Positions 63,611 to 64,000 of a DNA stretch of 64,000 nucleotides are shown piece after piece; the first letter of the stretch is position 1, and every line of letters starts with the position of its first letter. The position numbers were made by a program, and so were the translations under genes. The notes beneath the pieces are model-generated. The model searched no databases and was not told where the DNA came from. It was given only the letters and a program-made list of their open reading frames with translations. The stretch is from Chiloscyllium plagiosum (Eukaryota): NCBI RefSeq assembly GCF_004010195.1, contig NC_057718.1, positions 8,662,494 to 8,726,493 on the forward strand, read 5' to 3'.

Positions 63611-63666
63611 GTCAACCCTTTATCCAAAATCCCAAAATCTGAAAAGCTCTGAAACCCAAAGGTTTT

Positions 63667-64000
63667 AGAGTCATAGAGTCATAGAGATGTACAGCATGGA
63701 AACAGACCCTTCGGTCCAACACGTCCATGCCGACCAGATATCCCAACCCAATCTCGTCCCATTTGCCAGCACTTGGCTCATATCCCTCCAAACCCTTCCT
63801 ATTCATATACCCATCCAGATACCTTTTAAATCTTGCAATTGTACTAGCCTCCACCACTTCCTCTGGCAGCTCATTCCATACACGTACCACCCTCTGCGTG
63901 AAAAAGTTGCCCCTTAGGCCCCTTTTAAATCTTTCCCCTCTCACCTTAAACCTATGCCCTCTCGTTCTCAGCTCCCCACCCCAGAGAAAAGACTATCTAT
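63667..64000 (-). mobile_element. CR1 LINE 3' end
   Basis: RGNFFTQRVVRVWNELPEEVVEA; (CTCTATGA)n tail. Confidence 0.9.

Overview
Repeat-dominated vertebrate genomic DNA, most likely from a shark, judging by the abundant HE1-type tRNA-derived V-SINEs and CR1 LINEs. It contains four N gaps. Most of the window is nested retroelements: CR1, Rex1/Babar, two decayed Gypsy elements, solo LTRs, a Tigger-like MITE, and at least four families of Penelope-like element (PLE) termini carrying minimal hammerhead ribozyme (HHR) motifs. Many PLE copies are short fold-back (inverted-arm) insertions with 12-16 bp target-site duplications (TSDs), and one carries an inverted copy of nearby DNA in its loop. The non-repetitive islands hold two predicted, unidentified host genes pointing at each other. 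One is the last two exons of a + strand gene (9598-9696, 14798-14900). The other is the 3' part of a - strand gene built from small exons and microexons (about 62.9 kb down to 15.26 kb), with a 7-nt microexon that would switch the C-terminal reading frame. The window also has a 36-bp minisatellite of about 57 units and a CpG-rich promoter-like fragment fused to a truncated SINE. All exon calls were made by eye from splice signals and phase, with no expression or homology data. Repeat boundaries are approximate.
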